Source of the DNA: Capsulimonadaceae bacterium
GTDB taxonomy: Bacteria; Armatimonadota; Armatimonadia; Armatimonadales; Capsulimonadaceae
DNA length: 64,000 nucleotides
Direction: 5' to 3'
Assembly (NCBI GenBank): GCA_965215505.1
Contig: OZ244065.1
Location: 2,624,001-2,688,000, forward strand
Shown piece after piece: positions 19,461 through 30,058 of the stretch (the first letter of the stretch is position 1; each line of letters begins with the position of its first letter). Made by a program: the position numbers and the translations under genes. A model generated the notes under the pieces. It had not been told where the DNA came from. It saw only the letters and a list, made by a program, of their open reading frames with translations, and did not search any database.

Positions 19461-20180
19461 ATGATACCCACCCCACCCACCATTCCGATCCGCCTGCTCC
19501 GGGGCCTCGCCCAACTGGTCATCCTCGGCGGCGCGGCGGGCGTGCTGGCGGGGGCGCTCAGTCCGTGGGCGACGTTCCGGGTCTTCCACAACATTGAGGT
19601 CAACCTGCCCGGCCTCGTCTTCCCCACGGGCGGGCTTTGCCTCGCCGTCGCCGCCCTGGTCTTCCTGGGGGTGCGCCGGTCGCCCATCCTGTGCCTGCTG
19701 GGCGCGCTCTTCGTTCTGCACGAGACGGCGGAAGCACGGGTGCGCGTCCCGGAGCGGGTCAAGTTCCAGCTCGCCGGGTCGCAGCTCGAACTTTCGGCCT
19801 CCATTAACCGCCTGCTGGATCAGTTCCACATCCCCGACATCGAGGTCGCCAACCTCAACACCCCCAGCCCGGACCTGCTCGGCGAAGGGCTGGGCTGGAC
19901 GGCGGACGGGGCCTACCTGCTGCTGCTGGGTGGGCTAGTCGGGCTGCCCGCCGACCCGGTCGCCGTCTGGGCCTTCAGGCACACCGTCCGCGTCCGGTGC
20001 CGCGCCTGCGGCGCGCGGCGGCTCCTGGCGCGTCCCGCCCCCTTCTGCCCGAACTGCGGGGTTTCCACCCTGCCCCGGAGTGTCCGGCTCTGCCCGCACT
20101 GCCGGACGCGGGCGCGGCGCGGCGACCGGCACTGCGCCGCCTGCGGGACGGCGCTTCCCCTGGCAGCAAAGACCGCTTGA
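19461..20180 (+). CDS. Membrane protein with C-terminal double zinc ribbon
   Basis: TM segments followed by four CxxC motifs (CRAC, CPNC, CPHC, CAAC). Confidence 0.75.
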   Translation: MIPTPPTIPIRLLRGLAQLVILGGAAGVLAGALSPWATFRVFHNIEVNLPGLVFPTGGLCLAVAALVFLGVRRSPILCLLGALFVLHETAEARVRVPERVKFQLAGSQLELSASINRLLDQFHIPDIEVANLNTPSPDLLGEGLGWTADGAYLLLLGGLVGLPADPVAVWAFRHTVRVRCRACGARRLLARPAPFCPNCGVSTLPRSVRLCPHCRTRARRGDRHCAACGTALPLAAKTA

Positions 20181-20205
20181 CAGGCGGGCGTGGGCGTGCT
20201 AAAAT
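20177..20205 (+). promoter_or_regulatory. Sigma70 promoter
   Basis: TTGACA-N17-TAAAAT with extended TG; followed by hairpin TGGGGCGAGGCAAAC-ATAA-GTTTGCCCCGCCCCA. Confidence 0.7.
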
Positions 20206-20255
20206 GGGGCGAGGCAAACATAAGTTTGCCCCGCCCCAAAGGAGAAACACCCGCC

Positions 20256-20651
20256 ATGTTCCGCGCACCACATGTTCGCCTGCTCGTCTCCGACTTCCCC
20301 GCCTGCTTCCGCTTCTACCGTGACGTCCTAGGGTTTGAGGCCCAGTTCGGCTCCGAGGACGATGTCTATACAGAGTTTGGCGTCGGCGACCAGATGGTCG
20401 CCTTGTTCCGGCGCGACCTGATGACGATGGCCGTAGAAACCACCGACAAACCAACGAGCGCGGACGCGCAGGACCGCGTGGCGCTCGTCTTCGCGACGGA
20501 CGACGTGGATGCCGCCGCCGCTGAGGTGGTGGGGCGCGGCATCCCCCTCGTAGCGGGGCCGCAGGACCGGCCCGACTGGATGATCCGCACGGCGCACTTC
20601 CGCGACCCGGACGGCAACCTGATCGAGATCAACAGCGCCATGAGGGCGTAG
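20256..20651 (+). CDS. VOC/glyoxalase-family protein
   Basis: HVRLLVSD..FYRDVLGF..FRDPDGNLIEI; AAGGAG RBS. Confidence 0.9.
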   Translation: MFRAPHVRLLVSDFPACFRFYRDVLGFEAQFGSEDDVYTEFGVGDQMVALFRRDLMTMAVETTDKPTSADAQDRVALVFATDDVDAAAAEVVGRGIPLVAGPQDRPDWMIRTAHFRDPDGNLIEINSAMRA

Positions 20652-20670
20652 CCACCGTCGAGCCTGCCGC

Positions 20671-20919
20671 CTAGCGGACGTAGGGCAGGCTAGACTCCTC
20701 CCAGTAGTCGGTCAGGCTCCGGTGTGCGAAGCAGTTTTCGTGCGGCTGCACGATGACTTCCCTTTGGGTCTTCTGCGACAGCAGGCCGCAGCGCCAGACG
20801 GCGGCGGTCTGCTTGCCGCTGGGCGCGGTCAAATACACACGGTTCTTGTGGCCGCACGTCGCGCACTCGTGCTGGGTTTCAGCCGCTGGGGTCGGTCGTT
20901 CCAGTAGTTCCAGGGTCAT
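20671..20919 (-). CDS. Small Cys-rich hypothetical protein
   Basis: AAGGAG RBS; CATCGH..C..C. Confidence 0.6.
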   Translation of the reverse strand: MTLELLERPTPAAETQHECATCGHKNRVYLTAPSGKQTAAVWRCGLLSQKTQREVIVQPHENCFAHRSLTDYWEESSLPYVR

Positions 20920-21110
20920 GCGTTTCTCCTTGAAGTCGTAAACATCCTCTCCATCAACGTCATTCTACCAGGGTTGGTTCCAGTTTTATATAAAATTATA
21001 TGGGATTTTTGCCCACAAAACTCACCTGTCAGTGCCGGGGCTGACACGGACGCGGGCCGCGCCGGGGATGGTCAAGTCCATTCGGCGCGGCCCGCGTTCG
21101 GTTGAGTGAT

Positions 21111-21173
21111 GCTTTAGCTGGTGCTTTAGTTGGTGCTTTAGTTGGTGCTTTAGTTGGTGCTTTAGTTGGTGCT
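21111..21173. repeat. Tandem repeat 5 x 12 bp (GCTTTAGTTGGT) including the stop codon of the DUF1559 gene
   Basis: Units start at 21111, 21123, 21135, 21147, 21159. Confidence 0.92.
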
Positions 21174-22085
21174 GAAGGTGCCGACGACGGAGGCGCTATG
21201 GCCGGTGTCCAGGTACATGGTGTCGGTGGCCGCCGCACGGTAGTTACCGCGCCCGCTGGTGGCGGTGGCGGTCGCCTGGTCCTGGCCGGAAGTCCCATTG
21301 TGGCCCGACGAGACCTGGACGGGCTTCAGCCACTTCACATGGCCGTCGCCGAACAGGAAGTTGGAGCCGTCTGCGTGGATTCCGGTCGGCCCGGTGTAGT
21401 AGCTCGTGAAGGGCGGCCCGTAGGGGTCAACGCCACTCAGGCCGGCCGCCATGTCTCCCGTCGCGAGTTTCAAGTCGGGACCCAGCCCGTCAACGCCGTC
21501 CGTCAGGGAGCCGCCGAAGGCGTTGGCGTAGTCCGGCAGGCCGTTCGTGGCCGGGGAAAGGTCGTGGTAGGTCCCCGCCGACAGGCCCTCGTCGGGCTGG
21601 TCTATCTGCGCACTGGCACCATAAACCTCGCAGACCATGATGGTGGCCGCAGAAGAGTTAAAAGCCGACAGGGGCTTGCCGCCAGCGTTCGTGTTCAGGG
21701 CGTAGGAGATCGGGTAGTCGGTGAACCCGTTGAAAGTCCCCTGATTCGTGCCGTCGTCGGGGCACTTGTAGACGCCGGTACTCTTGACATAGGTGAAGGT
21801 CTGGCCTGCCCACCCCTGGCTGTAGCGCGCGCCGCGCACGGGAACGCCAAGAGGGTAGCGCTCATCATAGTCCTGGGTGTACTGGGTCAGGGCCAGCCCT
21901 ATCTGTTTCAGGTTGGACTGGCAGGAGGCGCGGCGGGCGTTCTCCCGGACCTTCTGGAAGACCGGGAAGAGTATCGCCGCGAGAATCGCGATGATGGCGA
22001 TGACGACGAGCAGTTCGATCAGCGTAAACGCTCGGGTGAAGCCGAGCGGATTGGCTCGGGCTGAGGACATTCGTTTCTTTGACAT
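21162..22085 (-). CDS. Prepilin-type N-methylation / DUF1559 protein with H-X9-DG motif
   Basis: [25 protein letters not shown]..; [26 protein letters not shown]. Confidence 0.92.
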   Translation of the reverse strand: MSKKRMSSARANPLGFTRAFTLIELLVVIAIIAILAAILFPVFQKVRENARRASCQSNLKQIGLALTQYTQDYDERYPLGVPVRGARYSQGWAGQTFTYVKSTGVYKCPDDGTNQGTFNGFTDYPISYALNTNAGGKPLSAFNSSAATIMVCEVYGASAQIDQPDEGLSAGTYHDLSPATNGLPDYANAFGGSLTDGVDGLGPDLKLATGDMAAGLSGVDPYGPPFTSYYTGPTGIHADGSNFLFGDGHVKWLKPVQVSSGHNGTSGQDQATATATSGRGNYRAAATDTMYLDTGHSASVVGTFSTN

Positions 22086-22150
22086 GGGCGTTCTCCTTGT
22101 TTGCATTTTCCCGATGGCTGGACCGAGACTGGAAGCCGTTCCGGCCTCCT

Positions 22151-22882
22151 TCAGCCGGTGGTGTCATCTATCTGCTGGATGCTATAGGCCGGCGTTGCCG
22201 ACACCGTCGGCTCGACGACGAACAGCGTGTAAACCTGGCCGGAACTCAGACCCAGCGTCTGCGAGGGGACCAGGACAGTGCCGGTGCCGGTCTGGTTGAC
22301 CTGGATGGTCACATTGCCGGACGGCTGACTGAACAGGGAACTGACGCCCTTGTATGTCGCGCCGGTGGCGACGACGATGCCGTTGATCAGGACATCCACC
22401 GGGCCGGCATCGGGCGCAGCATAAACCAGCCGCACGGCGGCCTGTGAGGTATACGACGTGTTGAAGGCGTCCTGGATGGCAATGACAGTGGGGTAGCGCG
22501 GGTCGGTCGGCGACGTGACATCGGACCGGCCGACGAGGACCAGCGAGTAGTAGTTCGACACCAGGAAGTTCTGGGAGACGGCAGGGTAGCTGGTGCCCGA
22601 GTCGGCGCTCATGCTGAACGTGACCGAGGCCGGACCGCCCCCGAAACTCTGGTAGCCGGTCACATTGGAATAGCCCTGGCTGCCGCCGATCTGGGTGCCG
22701 TTTACATAAACGGAGGTCGTACCGCCGTTCGCGCTGACGTCTATAGCTCGGATTTGAGCATTGGTGGTATTGTTGCTGCCACCGCCGCAGCCGGACAGCA
22801 GCATCATGCCGCCGAGTGCGGCCAGGGCAGAGAGTGCGATGCCACGCCCCGGTGCTGAGAATGTGAGTCGCAAAGAGCGCAT
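22151..22882 (-). CDS. Lipoprotein, DUF4397-like
   Basis: Lipobox [23 protein letters not shown]. Confidence 0.75.
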   Translation of the reverse strand: MRSLRLTFSAPGRGIALSALAALGGMMLLSGCGGGSNNTTNAQIRAIDVSANGGTTSVYVNGTQIGGSQGYSNVTGYQSFGGGPASVTFSMSADSGTSYPAVSQNFLVSNYYSLVLVGRSDVTSPTDPRYPTVIAIQDAFNTSYTSQAAVRLVYAAPDAGPVDVLINGIVVATGATYKGVSSLFSQPSGNVTIQVNQTGTGTVLVPSQTLGLSSGQVYTLFVVEPTVSATPAYSIQQIDDTTG

Positions 22883-22898
22883 CCGAAAGAATCCTGTC

Positions 22899-23873
22899 TT
22901 AGTCGCGGGACGTTAGGGGAGGGTCCACCTGGGTGTAGCCCGCCGGGAGCTGGAACAGCGCGTCATCGAGCGGGGCCTGCGAGAAAGCCGTCACCTGCGT
23001 GGCCGTCGTCTCCGTCCGCTCTGGGGACGCCGACGCGGGCTGCCCGCCGTCCGCCTGGTTGGCACCGCGCGCCCGCCGCGCCGCCCGGATTTCCGTGATC
23101 CGGCTGTAGAGCGGCAGCAGCTTCATCTTGTTGAGGTCGTCGGTCAGCGGTTTCAGGGCCGGACCGCCCCCGGCGAAGAGCAGCCGTGCCGACGGCAGTG
23201 CGGTCGCTTTCTTGTCGTCGGGCAACCGCGCGGCGTCGGACAGCCAGACCTCGCCGGTGATCTCCGTCCGGGCCGCCTGCCCCCCGCCCTGTCTGCCTTC
23301 CGTGCCGCCCCCGCCGCGACGCCCACGGCGCCCCCCGCCGCCGGGGAAGCCTCCGCCGCCGCCGGGGAACCCGCCGCCGAAAATGCCGCCGAGCGGGCCA
23401 CCCGACCGGCCCTCCCTGGGCCTCGCGCTGATCGAGCCGGTGACGTTGTATTCCTTGGCGGTCAGGCCGACGTAGGGCCGCGTTTCCGCGCCGTCAGGCG
23501 ATTTGAGGTCCACCTTGACGTCCAGGTTTGAGTCCCCAGCATCGGCCAATCCCTGGCCCTCCTGCACCTGCTTCAAGGGGAGGACGTAATAAGTTCTGGC
23601 GGCTGGGTCGAGCGTGTAGACCCGGCCCGCATCGTCGTTGTACAAGGTGACCGGCCCGCCGGCCACCTCCACGCGGGCGTAGCGGCCCTTGTAGTAGGTG
23701 GTCACCGTCTGGGTTGCGGGGACGCCGGAGTCCCCGCCGTCGCTGGACTGCCGGGTGACGGTGACGTCCGAGACGATCTTGACGTCGGCCCGTGCCGACA
23801 CGGCGGGGAAGGCCAGTCCCAGGACGGAAAGCATCAGACAGGCGCGGCGCGCATCGAGAACTTCAGCGTGCAT
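22899..23873 (-). CDS. Secreted protein, DUF4412-like with Gly-rich insert
   Basis: Signal peptide ..ARA|D; YYKG..RVE, YTLDP..RTY, LFQLPAGY. Confidence 0.65.
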   Translation of the reverse strand: MHAEVLDARRACLMLSVLGLAFPAVSARADVKIVSDVTVTRQSSDGGDSGVPATQTVTTYYKGRYARVEVAGGPVTLYNDDAGRVYTLDPAARTYYVLPLKQVQEGQGLADAGDSNLDVKVDLKSPDGAETRPYVGLTAKEYNVTGSISARPREGRSGGPLGGIFGGGFPGGGGGFPGGGGRRGRRGGGGTEGRQGGGQAARTEITGEVWLSDAARLPDDKKATALPSARLLFAGGGPALKPLTDDLNKMKLLPLYSRITEIRAARRARGANQADGGQPASASPERTETTATQVTAFSQAPLDDALFQLPAGYTQVDPPLTSRD

Positions 23874-24042
23874 AAAGAACTCCTTAGTCTGTTGTTGCCG
23901 GTGAGAATACCGGGGCAACATGAAAACCACATTAAAGCGGGGCAGTATCGCTAGGCTCGCCGTCTTTCCCCGTTGGCACGTCAATGGCCGCCGAAGCGCC
24001 GCACTCAGGTATCGGTCCGCACTCAGGTATAATGAAGGCAAT

Positions 24043-25851
24043 ATGGAAGACCACCAGAAGAACATCCGCAACTTTTGCATCATCGCCCACATCGACCACG
24101 GCAAATCGACTTTAGCCGACCGGCTCCTGGAGTTCACCGGGACCGTCCAGCGGCGGCACATGCAGGAGCAGCTACTGGACTCGATGGACATCGAACGCGA
24201 GCGCGGCATCACGATCAAGATGGCCGCCGTCCGGCTGAACTACAAGGCCCTGGACGGGCAGGAGTACGAGCTGAACCTGATTGACACGCCCGGTCATGTG
24301 GACTTCACCTACGAGGTTTCCCGGTCTCTGGCCGCCTGCGAAGGGGCCGTCCTGGTCGTGGATGCCGCCCAGGGGGTCGAGGCGCAGACGCTGGCGAACG
24401 TCAACCTCGCCATGAACAACCATCTGGAGATCGTCCCGGTCATCAACAAGATAGACCTGCCCGCCGCCGATCCCGACCGCGTGGCCGAAGAGATCGAGGA
24501 GGTGCTGGCGATTGACGCCACCGAGGCCATCCGCGCCTCGGCCAAGGAAGGCATCGGGACGCTGGAGATTCTCGAGTCCATCGTCCGTCGTGTCCCGCCG
24601 CCGCAGGGCGACGCTCAGAAGCCGCTGCGGGCGCTCATCTTCGACAGCCACTTCGACGCGCACCTTGGCGTCGTGGCCTATGTGCGCGTCCGCGACGGCG
24701 AGATCGCGCCGGGCACACAGATCCGGGCGATGGCGAGCGGGAAGACCTTCGACGTGACCGGCGTCGGCATCTTCGCGCCGCGCATGAAGCCGGTGGCGAA
24801 GCTGATGACCGGCGAGGTCGGCTACATCACGGCCAGCGTCAAGACGGTCGGCGACTGCCGCGTAGGCGACACCCTGACGGTCGCGCACGGCGGCGCGACC
24901 GAAGCATTGGCGGGCTACCGGCAGGCCCTCCCGGTCGTCTTCTGCGGCCTGTACCCTGTAGACAGCAGCCAGTACCCCGAGCTGAAGGAGGCCTTGGGAA
25001 GGCTCCAGCTCAACGACGCCGCGCTGACCTTCGAGCCGGAATCCTCGGCGGCCCTGGGCTTCGGCTACCGCTGCGGGTTCCTCGGCCTGCTGCACCTGGA
25101 CATCGTGCAGGAGCGGCTGGAGCGCGAGTTCAACCTGACCCTGATCGCGACCGCCCCGAGCGTCATCTACAAGGTGCATCTGACCAGCGGCGAGCTGATT
25201 GAGGTGGACAACCCGGCAAACCTGCCGCCGCCTGGGGAGATCGCCAGCATGGACGAGCCGTATGTGACGGCCAGCATCATCATCCCCTCCACCTATGTCG
25301 GGACAGTCATGGACATGGCGCGCGAGCGGCGCGGCGTCTACCTCCGCACGGAATACCCTGCCAAGGAGCGGGTGATGATCTTCTACAAGCTGCCCCTGAA
25401 CGAGATCCTGATGGACTTCTTCGACCAGCTCAAGTCGCGGACGAAGGGCTACGCCTCGTTCGACTACGAGATGAGCGGCTACGAGCCGTCCAACCTGGTC
25501 AAGCTCGACGTCAAGATCAACGACGATCCCCTGGACGCCCTCTCGTTCATCACGCACCGGGATAAGGCGTATGAGCGGGGCCGGCAGCTCGTGGACAAGC
25601 TCAAAGAGGTCATCCCGCGCCAGCAGTTCGAGATCAAGTTGCAGGCGGCCGTCGGGGCCAAAGTGGTGGCCGCCGAGCGCATCTCCGCGCTCCGTAAGAA
25701 CGTCATCGCCAAGTGCTACGGCGGCGACATCTCCCGCAAGCGCAAGCTGCTGGAGAAGCAGAAGGAGGGCAAGAAGCGCATGAAGAGCATCGGCAGCGTC
25801 GAGATCCCGCAGGAGGCGTTCATGAGCGTCCTGAAGCTGGGGAGTGATTAG
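24043..25851 (+). CDS. lepA: Translation elongation factor 4
   Basis: [53 protein letters not shown]. Confidence 0.98.
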   Translation: MEDHQKNIRNFCIIAHIDHGKSTLADRLLEFTGTVQRRHMQEQLLDSMDIERERGITIKMAAVRLNYKALDGQEYELNLIDTPGHVDFTYEVSRSLAACEGAVLVVDAAQGVEAQTLANVNLAMNNHLEIVPVINKIDLPAADPDRVAEEIEEVLAIDATEAIRASAKEGIGTLEILESIVRRVPPPQGDAQKPLRALIFDSHFDAHLGVVAYVRVRDGEIAPGTQIRAMASGKTFDVTGVGIFAPRMKPVAKLMTGEVGYITASVKTVGDCRVGDTLTVAHGGATEALAGYRQALPVVFCGLYPVDSSQYPELKEALGRLQLNDAALTFEPESSAALGFGYRCGFLGLLHLDIVQERLEREFNLTLIATAPSVIYKVHLTSGELIEVDNPANLPPPGEIASMDEPYVTASIIIPSTYVGTVMDMARERRGVYLRTEYPAKERVMIFYKLPLNEILMDFFDQLKSRTKGYASFDYEMSGYEPSNLVKLDVKINDDPLDALSFITHRDKAYERGRQLVDKLKEVIPRQQFEIKLQAAVGAKVVAAERISALRKNVIAKCYGGDISRKRKLLEKQKEGKKRMKSIGSVEIPQEAFMSVLKLGSD

Positions 25852-25879
25852 AGCTGGTCTGTAGCGGAAGGAAACAGTC

Positions 25880-26344
25880 ATGCCTTTTTATGATGAGGAA
25901 AGCTACCGGCGCATTCCGTATGAGGAATATAAAGCGATCAATGAGCTGATGCACGCGCATCTCCGCACGCACAACGGCAAACTCCGCGCGCTCGTCGCTT
26001 TCGGCGAGATAGTGACTCGCGGCGGCACCTACGACATTGATCTGCTGGAAGTCGTCGAAGGATGGGAGGGACCAAGCTCCGTCGCATTTTCCAGTTCGGA
26101 TGCACTGCCCCTGCGTGGTCAGCTCCGCCTCTACCTGCTGGCGCCGGAGCAGTTTGAAGGCACAGCCGCTGAAATATGGATGCCGGGAGAACGCCTGTTG
26201 GACCGCGTCCGAGAGGGCTACGACATCGTCTATGAGAATCCACCCGGCTATGCCCGGAACGTGTTCGCTCAACGGGTGAGGAACGGTCTGAGCAATAATC
26301 CTCTGGATTTCCTTGTCTCCGGCAATTCGGGCCAGGGGCAATGA
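25880..26344 (+). CDS. Minimal nucleotidyltransferase (MNT)-like protein
   Basis: LVAFGE..YDIDLLEVV (degenerate GS..DxD); overlaps the HEPN-like gene. Confidence 0.6.
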   Translation: MPFYDEESYRRIPYEEYKAINELMHAHLRTHNGKLRALVAFGEIVTRGGTYDIDLLEVVEGWEGPSSVAFSSSDALPLRGQLRLYLLAPEQFEGTAAEIWMPGERLLDRVREGYDIVYENPPGYARNVFAQRVRNGLSNNPLDFLVSGNSGQGQ

Positions 26345-26918
26345 GCATCATATCGCCCTACCCTCGGTTTCCAGACGGCGATGCTTTAGCGCGAGCCTTC
26401 TTTGAAGAAGGAATACGGCATCTGGAAGATGCTCACGTTTTGCATGAGGCGGGCCGCTACCCGGCTGCCATTGCCTCAGCCATGAAGGCGGCGGAGTCGG
26501 AGTCAAAACGATTATCATCTTGGGTGGTGCAATGGGCTGGTGGGACAAGGTTTTCACGACGCATAGACCTCTCGATGACATCAACAGACTTGGCATATTT
26601 GAGCATCACATCAAGACAATCACCGCGTATAACGGGATTTTGGTATCAGATGTCAGGGAAATGGAGGGGCTATCTCCTGCAAAGCCCGGCGGTTCGTATG
26701 ACATCAGTTCTGGACAGAATCCTGAGTACCCATTTCTGTCGTACCAGAAGGCTACCGCCACTAGCCCAGGAGAGTTCCGTTTGAGCAAGCCTTCCACACA
26801 TTTTGGAGAGGCGGAAAGCAAAAGGTACTACAATACTGCACAGGACTTGCTGGCAGCAGTGACGGCTCAGTACGCAACAGTTAGCGGCTGGGGTTTAATG
26901 ATTCCAGGTGCCTTTTAG
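26341..26918 (+). pseudogene. HEPN-like protein, frameshifted near 26497
   Basis: HLEDAHVLHEAGRY..A..SAMKAAE continues in another frame as GVKTIIILGG..NPEYP..YYNTAQDLL. Confidence 0.65.
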
Positions 26919-27070
26919 CAACGCAGACCCCCCTAGGCCTGCCTGGAAGCGTTGGAGTTGATGCGGCAGGTGATGTATGGCTGTGATTTTACTACCACCC
27001 GGCTTGAAAGACTTTTTGAGATTGCTCGGCTCAGGCGCATGGAGTAGGTGCTAATGAGTGGATCATCCAA

Positions 27071-27136
27071 GGGCAGGCTTTAGCCTGCCCTGTTCGCTTT
27101 CTGACCCGCCCCGGTGTGACAACTTTCACACCGGGG
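27071..27136. terminator. Two adjacent hairpins, terminator-like
   Basis: GGGCAGGCT-TT-AGCCTGCCC and CCCGGTGTGA..TCACACCGGG. Confidence 0.5.
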
Positions 27137-27212
27137 TATCTTCTTTGCATACATAATAGGGATGGGCACAAGCAGACTGATGCCAGGCGAAATTAATCGT
27201 ATAAATAATGTG

Positions 27213-27734
27213 ATGTTTGATGCAGAGGACGCCGTACTAAAGGGTATCATAGCTTATCTCGGCGTCGGGACGAACCTAGGGGACCGGATGGGAAACATCC
27301 GAGGGGCCTTGCGAAAACTGGCGGACCTGCCGACAATGGAAGTCACGCACGTCTCGTCAGTGTATGAGACCGCGCCCGTCGGCATCACAGACCAGCCGGA
27401 CTTCCTAAATCTGGTCGCCGCCGTCCGGACCAGTCTGACGCCGCCCGCACTGCTGGGCGCTCTGCTGAACATTGAAAACCAAATGGGCCGGGTGCGAACC
27501 GAACGCTGGGGGCCGCGCGTTATAGATCTAGATCTGCTCCTTTACGGCAGTGAGCGGGTTTCGCTCCCTGAACTGACCGTTCCGCATCCGCGGTTACACG
27601 AGCGGGCCTTTGTCGTGATTCCACTGGCCGAGATCGCGCCGAATTTGGCACTGTCGGGGGATGAAAAAGAAGTGGCCGTCATCGCCGATTCTTTTTCGCG
27701 CGAGGGGAACATTCGGCGTGTCGGGCACGTCTAA
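27213..27734 (+). CDS. folK: 2-amino-4-hydroxy-6-hydroxymethyldihydropteridine diphosphokinase
   Basis: AYLGVGTNLG, SSVYETAP, RWGPRVIDLDLL, PHPRLHERAFV; start uncertain (27162-27213). Confidence 0.93.
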   Translation: MFDAEDAVLKGIIAYLGVGTNLGDRMGNIRGALRKLADLPTMEVTHVSSVYETAPVGITDQPDFLNLVAAVRTSLTPPALLGALLNIENQMGRVRTERWGPRVIDLDLLLYGSERVSLPELTVPHPRLHERAFVVIPLAEIAPNLALSGDEKEVAVIADSFSREGNIRRVGHV

Positions 27735-27794
27735 CAACGGCAAGGCCCCGTCCGCACCGCCGACCGCAGGCTATGACTAGCTTATGAACAGCTT

Positions 27795-29057
27795 ATGATC
27801 TACTCGTATCAAGCCAAAGACCGGACCGGGCGGACCGTCACCGGCTCGCTGGACGCGCCCGACGAGCGCCGTGCGGCCCAGGAGATCCGGGACATGGGGT
27901 ACTTCCCCATGCGCCTCGCGCCGCAGCAGGGCGGGGCGGCCACGCTCTCGCCCCAGAACGACCTGGCTTTCAACGGGTCGCCGCCGCGCCGCACCGTCGC
28001 GGGGGCCGCGCGGCAGGCGCCCCTCTCCGGCGGCTGGCTGCTGGCGCACCTCGTTTACCCCATCTGGTCCGGTGTCGGGCTGCGCGACCTGGCGCTGCTC
28101 TACCGGCAGTTCTCGGCCATGCTAAACGCGGGGGTGCCGATCTACCAGTGTCTCACCACGCTGACGCAGCAGACCGGGAACGCCCGCCTGCGGCGCTACC
28201 TGACCCGCATCAGTGCGCGCGTCTTGGAAGGGGCGATGCTGACCGAGGCGTTCGCCGAGTTCCCGTGGGTCTTCACCGACTTCCACCGGGCGATGATCGC
28301 GGCGGGCGAGCAGAGCGGGCGGCTGGACGTGATGATGTCCCGGCTGGCGTCCGCTCTGGAGCAGGAGTACGCGCTGCGGGCTGCGGTCAAGAAGGAGACT
28401 TGGTATCCGGCCGTAACGCTCCTGATGAGTTTTCTGCTCCCGCCCGTCGTGGACCTGATCATCCTGAAGGACGCGAAGCTTTATTACCAGGAGGCGATAC
28501 AGCCGCTGCTGATCTTCGGGGCCGTGGTCGTCGTCGGCTATGTCGTCACCCGGCTCCTATCGCAGTTCAAGGTGGCCTATGACTGGCTGATTGCCACGCT
28601 GCCGGGGATCGGCGGCGCGGTCCGGATGGTGGCTCTGGCACGGTTCGCCCGCGTGATCGCTTCGCTGTATGCGGCGGGTGTCTCGATCCCCGAGGCCCTG
28701 CGGGCGGCGGCGGCGGCGACCGGCAACGCCTACATGGAGCGCCGCATGGTCGCGGCGATCCCCGCCCTGCAAGGCGGGCACGGCATCGCTGAAGCGCTGG
28801 TCGCGACGCGCATCTTCCCGCCGATGGTCGTCTCCATGCTGGGGACCGGCGAGCAGACCGGCAGCCTGGACATGACGATGGACAAAGTCGCCGAGTATTA
28901 CGAGCAGGAGTCGGTGGTCCGCCTGCACCAACTGAGTGTGGCGCTCGGCGCGTTCGCCATGATCGTCGCCGGCATCCGGGTCGCCATCGTCGTCGGGAAC
29001 TTCTACACCGGCTACTTCAACAAGATGAACGATCAGGCGAACCCGGACGCCCCCTGA
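27795..29057 (+). CDS. pilC: Type II secretion F / PilC-family pilus platform protein
   Basis: YSYQAKD..G, MLNAGVP, AGEQSGRLD, GEQTGSLD..KVAEYYE. Confidence 0.88.
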   Translation: MIYSYQAKDRTGRTVTGSLDAPDERRAAQEIRDMGYFPMRLAPQQGGAATLSPQNDLAFNGSPPRRTVAGAARQAPLSGGWLLAHLVYPIWSGVGLRDLALLYRQFSAMLNAGVPIYQCLTTLTQQTGNARLRRYLTRISARVLEGAMLTEAFAEFPWVFTDFHRAMIAAGEQSGRLDVMMSRLASALEQEYALRAAVKKETWYPAVTLLMSFLLPPVVDLIILKDAKLYYQEAIQPLLIFGAVVVVGYVVTRLLSQFKVAYDWLIATLPGIGGAVRMVALARFARVIASLYAAGVSIPEALRAAAAATGNAYMERRMVAAIPALQGGHGIAEALVATRIFPPMVVSMLGTGEQTGSLDMTMDKVAEYYEQESVVRLHQLSVALGAFAMIVAGIRVAIVVGNFYTGYFNKMNDQANPDAP

Positions 29058-29203
29058 TCGGCACAGATAATGATCAAACGGCTCAGGACTGACGCGCGCC
29101 CTTATCATATGCTCTTTCGCGCGGACGTTCGGAAAGTGAGGGAAGAAAGTACGACCGTCTCAAGAAACCTGCATTCATATCATCCTGTTCGGAGCATATC
29201 ACG

Positions 29204-29980
29204 ATGAGCTTACAGCGAAATTATTACGAGGTCCTGGGCGTCCCGCAAGAGGCGACCACCGACCAGATCAAAAAGAAATACCGGGAACTGGCGCGTCGGT
29301 TCCATCCGGACGTGGTCCAGGATAAGGACCTGGGCCAGCGCGTCTTCTCGCAGATCAACCAGGCGTATCACATCCTGGGCGACAGGGACCTGCGCGCCAA
29401 GTATGATGCCACCCTGACAGCGGCAGCCGCGGCGGCCAGAGGGACGTCAGGCAACGGCTCCGCGCCCGCAGCGCAGGCCACCCGCCCCAATGGCGTCGCA
29501 CCCTATGCTAATGGGAACGGCACGACGCCCTATGGCAACGGTAATGGGGCGACACCTTACGGCAACGGGTCGGCTCCCGCGCCGCAGGCCGCGCCCGTCC
29601 CCCCGCAGAAGCTGGAGGCGATCGCGGGGCTTCTGAAACACGCGGACAACGCCATTATGGCCGGCAAGCCGGTCGAGGCGGGAGCGTTCTGCATGAAAGT
29701 GCTGGAGATTGATGCGCGCAACGTCCGCGCCCTGGACATCTTCGGGGACGCTCTGACCCAGCAGGGGAAGCGTGAGGATGCCGCCGTCCAGTACCGGAAG
29801 GCCCTCCAGGTTGCGCCCAGCCATTCCATTCAGGCCAAACTGAACCGACTGGTCCAGGCCGCCCCGTCCAACAGGACAAACCCGATCGGACAGCCCCCGC
29901 CGCCAAGCAAGCCCGATCCCGCGCCGAGCGGCGACAAAGCCGGCGGAGGCCTGCTCGGACGGTTCCTTGGGCGCAAATAG
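29204..29980 (+). CDS. DnaJ-domain protein with TPR-like C-terminus
   Basis: NYYEVLGV..FHPD..INQAY; NG..PYG repeats; TPR-like helices. Confidence 0.85.
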   Translation: MSLQRNYYEVLGVPQEATTDQIKKKYRELARRFHPDVVQDKDLGQRVFSQINQAYHILGDRDLRAKYDATLTAAAAAARGTSGNGSAPAAQATRPNGVAPYANGNGTTPYGNGNGATPYGNGSAPAPQAAPVPPQKLEAIAGLLKHADNAIMAGKPVEAGAFCMKVLEIDARNVRALDIFGDALTQQGKREDAAVQYRKALQVAPSHSIQAKLNRLVQAAPSNRTNPIGQPPPPSKPDPAPSGDKAGGGLLGRFLGRK

Positions 29981-30005
29981 TGGCAGGCTCTCAGAGCGGA
30001 CGCGA

Positions 30006-30037
30006 AAAACGCGGGAGGCATCAGCCTCCCGCGTTTT
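30006..30037. terminator. Bidirectional intrinsic terminator
   Basis: AAAACGCGGGAGGC-ATCA-GCCTCCCGCGTTTT between convergent genes. Confidence 0.85.
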
Positions 30038-30058
30038 TCTATGCCTGCCCTGGAGTCC

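Noticed and set aside
22899-24218. Extended starts in the ORF track (24218, 23920, 7417, 40990, 45251, 53404, 55025, 60157, 60744)
   Set aside because: Extensions overlap neighbouring genes, promoters or repeats; downstream starts fit RBS and domain boundaries better.
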